From an uncultured delta proteobacterium (lineage in GTDB: Bacteria > Desulfobacterota > Binatia > Binatales > Binataceae), in contig CAVQAG010000017.1 of NCBI GenBank assembly GCA_963710455.1, positions 68,064-132,063 of the forward strand: 64,000 nucleotides of DNA, written 5' to 3'. Positions 28,543 to 37,339 of this stretch are shown piece after piece; position 1 is the first letter of the stretch, and the number at the start of each line of letters is the position of its first letter. The notes beneath the pieces are model-generated. The model worked only from the letters and a program-made list of their open reading frames with translations. It made no database searches and was not told the DNA's origin. Both the position numbers and the translations under genes were made by a program.

Positions 28543-29853
28543 CTACGGTTCCCAGAACGGCACTTCGGTGATCAGAGTCAGGCCGCGGTTGGTATGCGAG
28601 CGCGCGCTCACGGTGCCGCCGTTGGTCTCGGTCAGCGCGCGCGCGATGTACAGCTTCCATCCCATCGAGCCCATCCCCTGGCGATCCTGGATCTGCCGCT
28701 CGAAGAGATGCGAGAACTGCTCGGTGCTCAGTTGCGCGCCGGTATCCTGAACCTCGATTATAACCTTGCCGCCACTCAGGAAGGTGCGCAGCACCACTTC
28801 GCCGCTTTCGGTCCGCTGGATGCCGTTGCTTAGCAGATTGGCCACAATCCGCTCGAGGTGGAGCGGATCGAGGCTGCCACGCGGCATCCCGCCCAACTCG
28901 GTGCGCATCCGCAAGCCCTTTAGCCGCGCTTCGCGACCATAAACGTCGGCTACCTCCTGCACGATGACGTTGGGATCGATCACCCGCGGATGCGGCTGGA
29001 GGTTGTCCTCTTCGAGCAGGTACATATCGAGCACGTTTTTGACCAGCAGGTCCATCGCGCGCGAAGTCGAGCCGACGCGCGCCAATAGATGGGTAGTCTC
29101 CTTTTCGCTGAGCTCGTCCTCTTCAAGTAGCGTGACCAATCCGACCAGGGTAGCCAGCGGATTGCGGATGTCGTGGGTCATCGTGCCAATCTGGCGCTCA
29201 CGGAACTTGGCGGCGGCCGCCAGCTGCTCCATCTGCGCGCGTAGCTTGCCGCGGTAGCGGTCGAGAAATACCGCCGTGAACCACGACAGCACCAGAGCCG
29301 CGACAAAGCCCAGCCATCGAAAGACCGTGTACTGATCGTGCGAAGGTACAGCCAGCTGCGCGGCGCCGAATAGCGCCAGGCAACCCAGGTTCAGCATCCC
29401 CTGCCATCGCGGTCCCCACATCACGAAGGCCGCGGTGGCGAATGGACACAGGATGATCGCGATAAAGGCCAGTTCGGGGCTTTGCCCGAGCGAGGCGATT
29501 CTGATGAACAGCGCGATGATGGTGACGCAGGTAACGAGCGTCCAGGCCTTCCAGTAGCGTCGGAAAACGCTCAGCCAGGTTAACCCGAAGAACAGCGTGA
29601 TTATCGCGAAAGCGGCGTAGTGATACTGGGTCAGGCCATGCTGACCCACTTGCAGCACCACGACGATTCCATACGCGAGCAGAAAAAAAATCGCGATCGG
29701 CCCCGCGACCTTCAGCGTGCTGATGGCCTCGGCGTCGTGATCGATCTCGAGTAGAACGCGGCGGTCAGCCGCTACCGGGCGTCGCGGACTTAGTACGATC
29801 CCTGGCTGCTCGGCGCCGGCTTCCTCGACCGCTATGACCTGCGCTGTTGCCAT
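28543..29853 (-). CDS. Membrane sensor histidine kinase (orphan, atypical G boxes)
   Basis: About 6 TM segments, H-box THDIRNPL, N-box NLLSNG, G1 DTGAQ, G2 GMGSMGWKL. Confidence 0.85.
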   Translation of the reverse strand: MATAQVIAVEEAGAEQPGIVLSPRRPVAADRRVLLEIDHDAEAISTLKVAGPIAIFFLLAYGIVVVLQVGQHGLTQYHYAAFAIITLFFGLTWLSVFRRYWKAWTLVTCVTIIALFIRIASLGQSPELAFIAIILCPFATAAFVMWGPRWQGMLNLGCLALFGAAQLAVPSHDQYTVFRWLGFVAALVLSWFTAVFLDRYRGKLRAQMEQLAAAAKFRERQIGTMTHDIRNPLATLVGLVTLLEEDELSEKETTHLLARVGSTSRAMDLLVKNVLDMYLLEEDNLQPHPRVIDPNVIVQEVADVYGREARLKGLRMRTELGGMPRGSLDPLHLERIVANLLSNGIQRTESGEVVLRTFLSGGKVIIEVQDTGAQLSTEQFSHLFERQIQDRQGMGSMGWKLYIARALTETNGGTVSARSHTNRGLTLITEVPFWEP

Positions 29854-29870
29854 AACCCCCCTGGGGAAGC

Positions 29871-31088
29871 TCAGGCTATAGATTTGCCGATGGCGCGACT
29901 AGCTTCAAGCGCCTCAGCCATGATTTCCATGCCAAAATTCACGTCTTCGGGCTCCATGTTCAGAGGTGGTGCCAGTCTCACTACGCGCTCGGCATTAAGC
30001 GTCCAGTTGACGATCACGCCGCGACTCAACGCTTCGCGCACGAAGGTCTGGGCTGCCTCCCAGCTCCGAAACTCCAACCCTATAAGTGCTCCAACCACAC
30101 GCACTGCCGCAACCTCCGACGAACCCACTTGCAACAGCCGTTGGGCTAATTCGGCGCCAAGTGCGTTTGCTTGCTCCCAGAGTCGCTGGTTGACGATGAC
30201 CTCGAGCGCCGCAAGTCCCGCCGCACACGACAGGGGATGTCCGCCGAAGGTCGTGATATGCCCGAGCGGCGGATCGTGCGCGAGTTCTCCGATCAGCTGC
30301 TGGGAACCGCAAAACGCCCCCAATGGCAGTCCCCCGCCCAACGCCTTGGCCATCACGACAAGATCGGGCACCACTCCAAAATGTTCCATCGCGAACAGCC
30401 GCCCCGTGCGGCCCATCCCGGTCAATACTTCGTCATAGATCAATAGCGCGCCCATTTGGTCGCATCGCTGCCGAAGCCCGCGCATGAAGGCGGTGGACGG
30501 GACGCGCACTCCGCCCTCGGCTTGCACCGGCTCGACTACCACCGCGGCGACCGTCGAATCGATCGCTTTCAACGCGGCGGCGTCGTCGTATGGCAGATGG
30601 CTCACCGGGCCCGGCAACGGTTCGAACGGCGCGCGAAACACAGGGTTTCCCATCAGCGCCAGCGCGCTCATCGTGTCGCCGTGATACGCGCCGTCGAAGG
30701 CGACGAAGCGCGCGCGGCGGGTGTGCTTGCGCGCCGTCTTGAGCGCGCCCTCGATCGCTTCGGCGCCGCTGTTGGTGAAATAGACGCACTTAAGCGGGGG
30801 CGGCAATAATTCCGCCAGACGCTCGGCGAGCCGCACCTGCGCTTCAATAACGTATTCCCCGTAGACCATCACGTGCAGATGGCGGCGAGCCTGCGCGGCG
30901 ATTGCGTCGAGCACCGCGGGATGTCCGTGCCCTAGCGCCGACACGCCGATTCCGGCGATCAAATCGAGATAACGGCGCCCATCGGCGGTGTACAGCCACG
31001 AACCCTCGGCGCGTATGATCTCGAGACCGATTGGCGACGGAGAGGTCTGCGCGAGATGGCGCAGAAAGCTATCGCGCAGCGCGTTCAT
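29871..31088 (-). CDS. Class-III PLP aminotransferase (ArgD/omega-transaminase-like)
   Basis: LGHGHP, NSGAEAIEGALK, EPVQAEGG, DEVLTGMGRTG, MAKALGGG, TTFGG. Confidence 0.9.
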   Translation of the reverse strand: MNALRDSFLRHLAQTSPSPIGLEIIRAEGSWLYTADGRRYLDLIAGIGVSALGHGHPAVLDAIAAQARRHLHVMVYGEYVIEAQVRLAERLAELLPPPLKCVYFTNSGAEAIEGALKTARKHTRRARFVAFDGAYHGDTMSALALMGNPVFRAPFEPLPGPVSHLPYDDAAALKAIDSTVAAVVVEPVQAEGGVRVPSTAFMRGLRQRCDQMGALLIYDEVLTGMGRTGRLFAMEHFGVVPDLVVMAKALGGGLPLGAFCGSQQLIGELAHDPPLGHITTFGGHPLSCAAGLAALEVIVNQRLWEQANALGAELAQRLLQVGSSEVAAVRVVGALIGLEFRSWEAAQTFVREALSRGVIVNWTLNAERVVRLAPPLNMEPEDVNFGMEIMAEALEASRAIGKSIA

Positions 31089-32398
31089 CGTGCCGCACCG
31101 CGCAGCAGTTCAAGCATCGCGCCGCCCCCGTGGGGCCAGTCCAGTGGCGGCGATTGCATCCGCCCCGGCTCGCATACGTACGAGACTCCGAGCAGACGCA
31201 AGCCGGCCTCGAGGCCGGGACGAACCCCAGCCGGGGCCGATAAGGCGAAGGCTTCCAGTCGTCCGGCGGCCGCGCCCAGGCGCTCGCCGAGTTCGTCCGC
31301 GCTTTGAAGCGCACTGACGAACACGGTGCGATAGCCGGGAGAAGCAGAAAAGTCCGCGGCGCCATCGTAAATGACCGTCCATGTCATAGATGTGGTCATG
31401 GATGCGGTTATGGGTTCGCCCTCCCAAAGCGCGACGTCATAGCCGCGACCGCCACCCGCATCCTGTGCAAGCGCCCGCCATCGCACCCGCTCGCGCAACG
31501 CCCGGATTGCCGCGGCGGCCTCCAGTGGAAGCCGCGGTGGCGCCGGCAAGCGGCCCGCCAAGTGCGCCAGTGCGCTGGCAAGGCGCGCGGCAGAGCTGCG
31601 CGCCTCGCTCGCGGCGCCCACCACGAAGACGTGATGCGCCGAGAGACATCCGCGCTGCTCGAAGAGGGTCACGTCACGGGCGAGTCCGTTCGCGGCCGCC
31701 TCGGTGGCGGAAGGACTTGCCCCGGGCGCGACCAGCGCACCGCTTAGCTGGCTGCCGAAGCCAACAAATGGGCGCGCGCCGCGCCCTGCGGCAGCCGCGC
31801 TCAGCGCTGCGATGGAGGCGTCATCGCCATAGGCGACAACGCCTCCATCGCAGGCAGCCCACAACTCACGCATCGCGGCATCGTCGCCGCGGGCGAAATT
31901 AACTACCGCGACGCGCGCCGCAACGGTCGCATCGACTTCAGCAAGCGTGCGCACGAAATTGGCGAAAAACAACTGCTCGCTGCTCGCAGTTTTGATTAGC
32001 AATCCGGCTCCGGCCAGCAGCGCCGCACAGACTTCGTGGATGCCGGCTCCCGGAACATTGCCCGGCATGAGAAAGCCGAACAGGCGATTTGCGCGGGGCA
32101 CTGTCGCGGCAAGTGACTTGAGGGACGTGACCGTGATGGGATCGAGCAACGCATCGAGCGATTCGTCCAGCAACGCGGTCGCCATTCCCAGGGCCGACGC
32201 CAGTCGCGCGACCGTCTCGTGGCGTCGCGCGAACTCGCGTCGGCCCCAAAGTTCGGCTGTCTGGCCGAGCGCCGCAACCGTGCGCTCGCTAATGCATCGC
32301 TCGGCGCTTCGGATGCGCCTTGCGGACTGCGTTATCGAGGCGATCGTGGAAACCGATGCCGGCGCATCGGTGGTACCCGGTATGGTAGCGGGATTCAT
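31085..32398 (-). CDS. LuxC-like acyl-CoA/acyl-protein reductase
   Basis: PGNVP, K-x-A-S-S, VAYGDD, catalytic EQRGCLSAH, GRMQSPPLDWPHGG. Confidence 0.8.
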   Translation of the reverse strand: MNPATIPGTTDAPASVSTIASITQSARRIRSAERCISERTVAALGQTAELWGRREFARRHETVARLASALGMATALLDESLDALLDPITVTSLKSLAATVPRANRLFGFLMPGNVPGAGIHEVCAALLAGAGLLIKTASSEQLFFANFVRTLAEVDATVAARVAVVNFARGDDAAMRELWAACDGGVVAYGDDASIAALSAAAAGRGARPFVGFGSQLSGALVAPGASPSATEAAANGLARDVTLFEQRGCLSAHHVFVVGAASEARSSAARLASALAHLAGRLPAPPRLPLEAAAAIRALRERVRWRALAQDAGGGRGYDVALWEGEPITASMTTSMTWTVIYDGAADFSASPGYRTVFVSALQSADELGERLGAAAGRLEAFALSAPAGVRPGLEAGLRLLGVSYVCEPGRMQSPPLDWPHGGGAMLELLRGAAR

Positions 32399-32422
32399 CT
32401 GGGGCAGAAGATTCGCCGCTTG

Positions 32423-33568
32423 CTACCGCGCGTCTCTGCTCTCTCGCGCGGCAAACTGCTCAATCGCGAGAGCGCAACCGCGCGCGTCACTGTCTTCCGC
32501 CCGGCCGAGCACTGTGACCGTTCCGTCCTTTACGATTCCTAGGTCTCCGGTCAGGATCGCCGACACCGACCCGACGTTGGCCAGGTCGAAAAACCGCAGC
32601 AGGCCGGGATTACCATCCGGAACGCGCTTGAGAGTGGATGGATCGACCGCCGCGACATCGAGCCAGGGCGGTCCCAGTTTGGGGTGCTGATCCAGACGAT
32701 TGTCGGACGAATCGATGCGCCGTGAGTCGCTCGAGCCGCGAAGATGCGGAGCGTTGAACGATGTCGCATCGTAAAGTTGCGAGCACATCTCTGTCATTCC
32801 GTATTCGTTGATCGCCATCGTGGGATCTAGCCCGAGTAGCGCCTGCGCCTGCTCGACCACTTCGCCGGGACGGAGCGGGATGGCTTGTCCCTTGGCGCCG
32901 CCGGTGTCCATCAGACGCGAACCCGGCGCAAGCGCAAGCCTCGAGCGCTGCGAACGCAATTGCTCGAACAACGCTGCAAGCGCAGCCGTGGTTGCCATCA
33001 CACAGACCGGCTGGCACTGGCGCTCGGCCGTGCGCAAAAATTCCAGCGCCGAGCCGATTTCGACGCCCTTGCGATCGGCCACGCAAAGCACGTCGTTGCC
33101 ACCAAACTCCTCGATCATCCAGCTTATCATTTGCGCCAGCGAGGACTCCGGCATCCGTTCGGCGGTCGGATGAAGGCTGAGCATCCGCGTCCTAACGCCA
33201 TCGGGGAAGAGCATCGTTCTTAGATGGCCCAGGGCTGAGGCACGGTAGACGTCGAGGCGAGGCACGCGATGGCGCCCACGTTCGTCACGGCCCGCGGTCG
33301 TGCCGCTGGTCATGAACACGCGAGCGTCCTGGGGCTTTCCGGGTGTAACCGTATCGGTCAGCTCAGCGTATTTGAACGCGGCAGTGCTCAAAGCCGGAAT
33401 CTGGTCCAGCGAGCACACGTCGTCCGAATGGACCCCGCGAGCCAGGCAATAAAGTCGGTAGGGCGCGATCGAGCCGAACTGATGGCGAAAAACGTCGAGC
33501 GTAAGGCTCTCAAAGCGTGTCTGTTCAGGTGTATGGATAAAGGCGAGGACTTGCTCGTAGATCGCCAT
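32423..33568 (-). CDS. LuxE-like acyl-protein synthetase
   Basis: FMTSGTT adenylation loop, DTGGAKG, NEYGMTEMCSQ, DLANVGS, TGDLG, C-terminal RGC. Confidence 0.82.
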   Translation of the reverse strand: MAIYEQVLAFIHTPEQTRFESLTLDVFRHQFGSIAPYRLYCLARGVHSDDVCSLDQIPALSTAAFKYAELTDTVTPGKPQDARVFMTSGTTAGRDERGRHRVPRLDVYRASALGHLRTMLFPDGVRTRMLSLHPTAERMPESSLAQMISWMIEEFGGNDVLCVADRKGVEIGSALEFLRTAERQCQPVCVMATTAALAALFEQLRSQRSRLALAPGSRLMDTGGAKGQAIPLRPGEVVEQAQALLGLDPTMAINEYGMTEMCSQLYDATSFNAPHLRGSSDSRRIDSSDNRLDQHPKLGPPWLDVAAVDPSTLKRVPDGNPGLLRFFDLANVGSVSAILTGDLGIVKDGTVTVLGRAEDSDARGCALAIEQFAARESRDAR

Positions 33569-33700
33569 GGGCGTGCACGGAAGCAGTGCAGATGATTGCA
33601 TCTGGCGGCGAGGGTATTCAATCCCGCGTCGCGACCTGCTAAGAGAATGTGGGTTGGTGTGGATGTGGTGGTGTGCTTCAGCCGGTATTACGGGACATCG

Positions 33701-34108
33701 ATGAAAAAATTTATCGCGGGTGTGGTGGTAGGCTTCGTGCTGAGCTGCGCGGGAGTGTTTGCCGCGCCGAGCTTCGATCACAACGGTTCGTACTGGAACC
33801 AGCTAAACTCGTCGGCCAAAAGCGGCTACGTCAATGGTTATAGCGATGCGATGGAGGTCAGCGTCGGCAAGCTGAATGTTCTGACGACAGCGGCCGATCT
33901 CTTCCATTGGAAGGGCGCCGACAGGATCATCCATCAGTTGTCGCACGAGCTGGCGATGTCGGAGTTGAAACCGGCCGAAGCGGTGCGGCGCCTCGACACG
34001 TTATATGCCAATCGCAAATACTCCGAACTCGATCTCGGAACTGCGCTGCAGGTGCTCGCGATTGACAGCACCGACCAGGGCGCGGCGCGCGTGACCGAGA
34101 AAAAGTAA
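33701..34108 (+). CDS. Hypothetical exported protein
   Basis: Signal peptide MKKFIAGVVVGFVLSCAGVFAA; genome-like codon usage. Confidence 0.7.
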   Translation: MKKFIAGVVVGFVLSCAGVFAAPSFDHNGSYWNQLNSSAKSGYVNGYSDAMEVSVGKLNVLTTAADLFHWKGADRIIHQLSHELAMSELKPAEAVRRLDTLYANRKYSELDLGTALQVLAIDSTDQGAARVTEKK

Positions 34109-34300
34109 TTTCATTCACTTCGCCAGTATCGAATCAGAGCGGCTGCGGTTAGCGCCGCCGCTTACGATATGGGACTTTGCGAAGTCTTCCGCTCTTGCCG
34201 GCGGACGCCGCACTCGTGTTAGCATCGCTGCGCGCGCGCTGACCGCAGGTAGTCTCGGTCGCAATGCCCCGTGCAACTGCGAGCGCGCCCGGCTACGTCG

Positions 34301-34909
34301 ATGACGCAAGAGGTCAAATTATATTTCGCGTACACCAGCCCCGTTTCGTATCTTGCCAGCGACCCGGCTTACGCACTTGAGCGCTCGCATGATGTGCGTC
34401 TGCGTTACATTCCTTATGGTGTGGACATCCGGGGCGTTTATGGCGACGTGCCCACCCGCGGCGAGCGCGACCGGCGCAAGCTGCGCTATCTGTACCATGA
34501 CGCGCGCCGGATGGCCCGTGAGCGCGGCGTGGTGATCTATCCGCCCAGACAGATTTTCAGCGCTCGGCGCGCGTTCTACGGCGGCTTCTGCTCCGAGGAC
34601 CAGGGCCTGTTCCGCCCTTACTCCGACCGCGTCTACCAGCGCTTCTGGAAACACGAACTCGAAGTCGAAAATCCCGAAGCGCTGGCCGCCATCCTGGAGG
34701 AAGTCGGCGCAGACACTGCCACTTTCCGCCGCTGGATCGAAGACGAGGAGAGCGAAGCCAAGCCGCGGCTTAAGCGGGCCTTCGCGGAAGCGGCAACGGA
34801 CCATGTCTTCGGCGTGCCAACGTTCGTGGCCGATGGCGAGATTTTCTGGGGCTACGACCGGATGCCGTGGCTGATCAAGAAGTTGGACGCGATGGGTCTG
34901 CGCCGCTGA
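34301..34909 (+). CDS. DsbA-fold 2-hydroxychromene-2-carboxylate isomerase / kappa-GST-like protein
   Basis: YFAYTSPVSY, DARRMA, VFGVPTF, FWGYDR. Confidence 0.82.
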   Translation: MTQEVKLYFAYTSPVSYLASDPAYALERSHDVRLRYIPYGVDIRGVYGDVPTRGERDRRKLRYLYHDARRMARERGVVIYPPRQIFSARRAFYGGFCSEDQGLFRPYSDRVYQRFWKHELEVENPEALAAILEEVGADTATFRRWIEDEESEAKPRLKRAFAEAATDHVFGVPTFVADGEIFWGYDRMPWLIKKLDAMGLRR

Positions 34910-34946
34910 AAAGGGCCCTTCGCAGAGGCCCGTTTTGATCTTTTTC
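34909..34946. terminator. Probable bidirectional intrinsic terminator
   Basis: AAAAGGGCC...GGCCCGTTTT hairpin with A and T tracts, between convergent genes. Confidence 0.55.
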
Positions 34947-34966
34947 TCCGGATAATCGGCCAGCTA

Positions 34967-35830
34967 CTATTCCGATCGCGCTCGGAGCGATTCGACCGTC
35001 TGCGTCAGGAAACCTTTGACATCCGTCGTTCGCAGCCCGTCGATCGCGACGCGGCTAAGCCACGCCATCGCGCGCACGTCGGCAGTGACGAACGTGTCCG
35101 CCGCCGCCGCGCCGCTTACCGCGTGCGTGATCTCGTTCGCGTCCTCGGCACGAGCGGGCCGGGCCTCAACGCTAAGCGTAAAAGCAAGCGACAACGCCGT
35201 GCCTACCCACATCCTGACGCTTTTCAGCGCAAGTAGCGCATCGATGCCGCGCCGCCTGAGGTCCGCGCCGACGCCTGCGTGTTCCGCGAGCGCCGCCGCC
35301 GCCTCCGGAGCATTGCGTTCGTAATACTCCTGAAAGGCGCTTGCGGAGGAGGGCGGCGCGAACCGCGTATTGCACTCCGCGAGGAACTCGCCGAGCCCGG
35401 CGACGAATGTTTCCCGGTTGCGTCGCACCTCGTCGAGCGCCTGTGCGAAGTCCTCGTTCAATTCCTCGCCGTCGCTCTCGAGCAGCTCGGAAATTCCCGT
35501 AGTCACCGCGTTCTGCATCGCGCCATGCAGCAAGGGACGTGCGGGCGCAGCGTCCGCGGCAAATGCGCGGAGCTCGTCGCCGAGCAACTGATTGCAGGGT
35601 TTCAGCAGCGTGCGCCAGTTGCTGATCGAAAGCATCAGGCGGATCTGCGCGGCCATCGCTTGCGGCGAGGCCTGGCGTGCCAGCACGATCTCTTCGAGAT
35701 TGTGCACTCCTAACGGAATCGAAACCGCGCGGCTGTAGATGGCCTTGCGCAGGGTACCGAGATCGGCGGCCGTGCAATCGATTTTGCGGTAAAGGTGGCC
35801 GAAGGCGCTGCTGGCGAGATACGCGACCAT
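34967..35830 (-). CDS. Hypothetical protein with degenerate PIN-like motifs
   Basis: Starts 6 bp after the nuoN stop. VAYLASS, NLEEI, EDANEITHA, DTFVTAD. Confidence 0.65.
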   Translation of the reverse strand: MVAYLASSAFGHLYRKIDCTAADLGTLRKAIYSRAVSIPLGVHNLEEIVLARQASPQAMAAQIRLMLSISNWRTLLKPCNQLLGDELRAFAADAAPARPLLHGAMQNAVTTGISELLESDGEELNEDFAQALDEVRRNRETFVAGLGEFLAECNTRFAPPSSASAFQEYYERNAPEAAAALAEHAGVGADLRRRGIDALLALKSVRMWVGTALSLAFTLSVEARPARAEDANEITHAVSGAAAADTFVTADVRAMAWLSRVAIDGLRTTDVKGFLTQTVESLRARSE

Positions 35831-35836
35831 CGCGAG

Positions 35837-37339
35837 TCAGCGGCCCAGTACGATATGACGATGCGGCGCGTTGCTGAGCGCCGAAGCAAAAGCGTCGGCG
35901 GCGCTGCTGACGTAAGGCTGCGGGAATAGTCCCACTGCGACCGTACCAACAGCAGCGATCACCAGCGCCGCTACGAGAGCGGGCCGCGCGCTCAGTGCCA
36001 CCGGCTCCACGCCGCCCTCGCGCGCATAGATCGCGATCAGCACCGACAGATAGTAGTAGGCAGACACGACGCTGTTGAGGACGGCGATGATCGTCAGCCA
36101 TGTCAGATGAGCTTCGACCGCGGCGGAGAAGATGTAGAACTTGCCGAAAAAGCCGGCCAGTGGCGGCACGCCGGTCAGCGAGAGCATGAACAGAGCCATC
36201 GCAGCGGAGAGCCATGGATGGCGCGTTGCGAGACCGCGGTAGTCGGCGATATCGTCATGGGCGGCGCCGCGCCGCTCGAGCGCGACCACCACGGCGAAAG
36301 CGCCCAGGTTGGTGAAGGCGTAACCGAGCAGGTAGTAGAGGATCGCGCCGCCGGCGCGGGGCGAGGCGACTGCGGTCATCCCGACCAGGATGTAACCGGC
36401 GTGTGCGATCGCCGAGTAGGCGAGCATCCGCTTGATATTGGTCTGCACCAGCGCGGCCAGGTTGCCCGCCGTCATCGTCAACACCGCTATCACCCACAGC
36501 ACCATCGTCCACTGCAGGCTGAGCGGCCCAAGGTGGACCATGAAAACGCGGATGAAGCCGGCAAACGCGGCGGCCTTCACGCCCACCGCCATGAAAGCCG
36601 TCACCGGCGTAGGCGCGCCCTCGTAAGCGTCAGGCGTCCACATGTGGAAGGGCACCGCGGCGACCTTGAAGCCGAAGCCGATCAGCATCAGGCCGACGCC
36701 AGCCAGGAGCAGTGCATTATCGGTCGCCGGACGGGAGAGCGCCGCTTCGATCGGTTCCAGCTTCACTGAACCGGTCGCGCCATAGACAAGCGCGATCCCA
36801 TAGAGCAGGAAGCCGGTAGAAAATGCGCCGAGCAGGAAATACTTGAGCGCGGCCTCATTGGAGCGCGGGTCGCGGCGCAGGAAGCCCGCCAGCGCATAAA
36901 CCGCGATCGACATCGTCTCGAGGCCTAAAAAGATCACGATCAGGTCGTCGCCCGCCGCCATCAGCATCATGCCCAGCGCGGCGAACATTATAAGCGCGTA
37001 ATACTCCGCTCCGGCGAGCCCCTGGTCGGCAGCATACTCGACCGACATCAAGGCGGTCATCGCGGCGGCGAAGAGCACCAGCAATTCGAAATAGGCGCTG
37101 AAGTTGCTCACCGAAAGCGCGCCCGAAAAGCTCAAAGAGGGGCGCCCGCCGAAGAGCAACAGCGCCAGGATGGCGGCGAAGACGAACAGCGCGATCGACA
37201 GGATACCCAAGCCGCCGCTATCTTCGTCGTCAATCCGCACGCCGACCAGCAGCACGCCCATCGCGCCCGCCGCCACCACGATGAGCGGCAGGATCGGCAC
37301 CCAGGTGAAGTTGATCACGCTCCAGTTGAACTGCGTCAT
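35837..37339 (-). CDS. nuoN: NADH-quinone oxidoreductase subunit N
   Basis: SNEAALKYFLLG, GFKVAAVPFHMWTPDAYEGAPTP, KRMLAYS, PPLAGFFGK. Confidence 0.95.
   Translation of the reverse strand: MTQFNWSVINFTWVPILPLIVVAAGAMGVLLVGVRIDDEDSGGLGILSIALFVFAAILALLLFGGRPSLSFSGALSVSNFSAYFELLVLFAAAMTALMSVEYAADQGLAGAEYYALIMFAALGMMLMAAGDDLIVIFLGLETMSIAVYALAGFLRRDPRSNEAALKYFLLGAFSTGFLLYGIALVYGATGSVKLEPIEAALSRPATDNALLLAGVGLMLIGFGFKVAAVPFHMWTPDAYEGAPTPVTAFMAVGVKAAAFAGFIRVFMVHLGPLSLQWTMVLWVIAVLTMTAGNLAALVQTNIKRMLAYSAIAHAGYILVGMTAVASPRAGGAILYYLLGYAFTNLGAFAVVVALERRGAAHDDIADYRGLATRHPWLSAAMALFMLSLTGVPPLAGFFGKFYIFSAAVEAHLTWLTIIAVLNSVVSAYYYLSVLIAIYAREGGVEPVALSARPALVAALVIAAVGTVAVGLFPQPYVSSAADAFASALSNAPHRHIVLGR

Noticed and set aside
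31085-33568. Bioluminescence (lux) operon
   Set aside because: Only luxC- and luxE-like genes are present; no luxA/B luciferase or luxD in the window.
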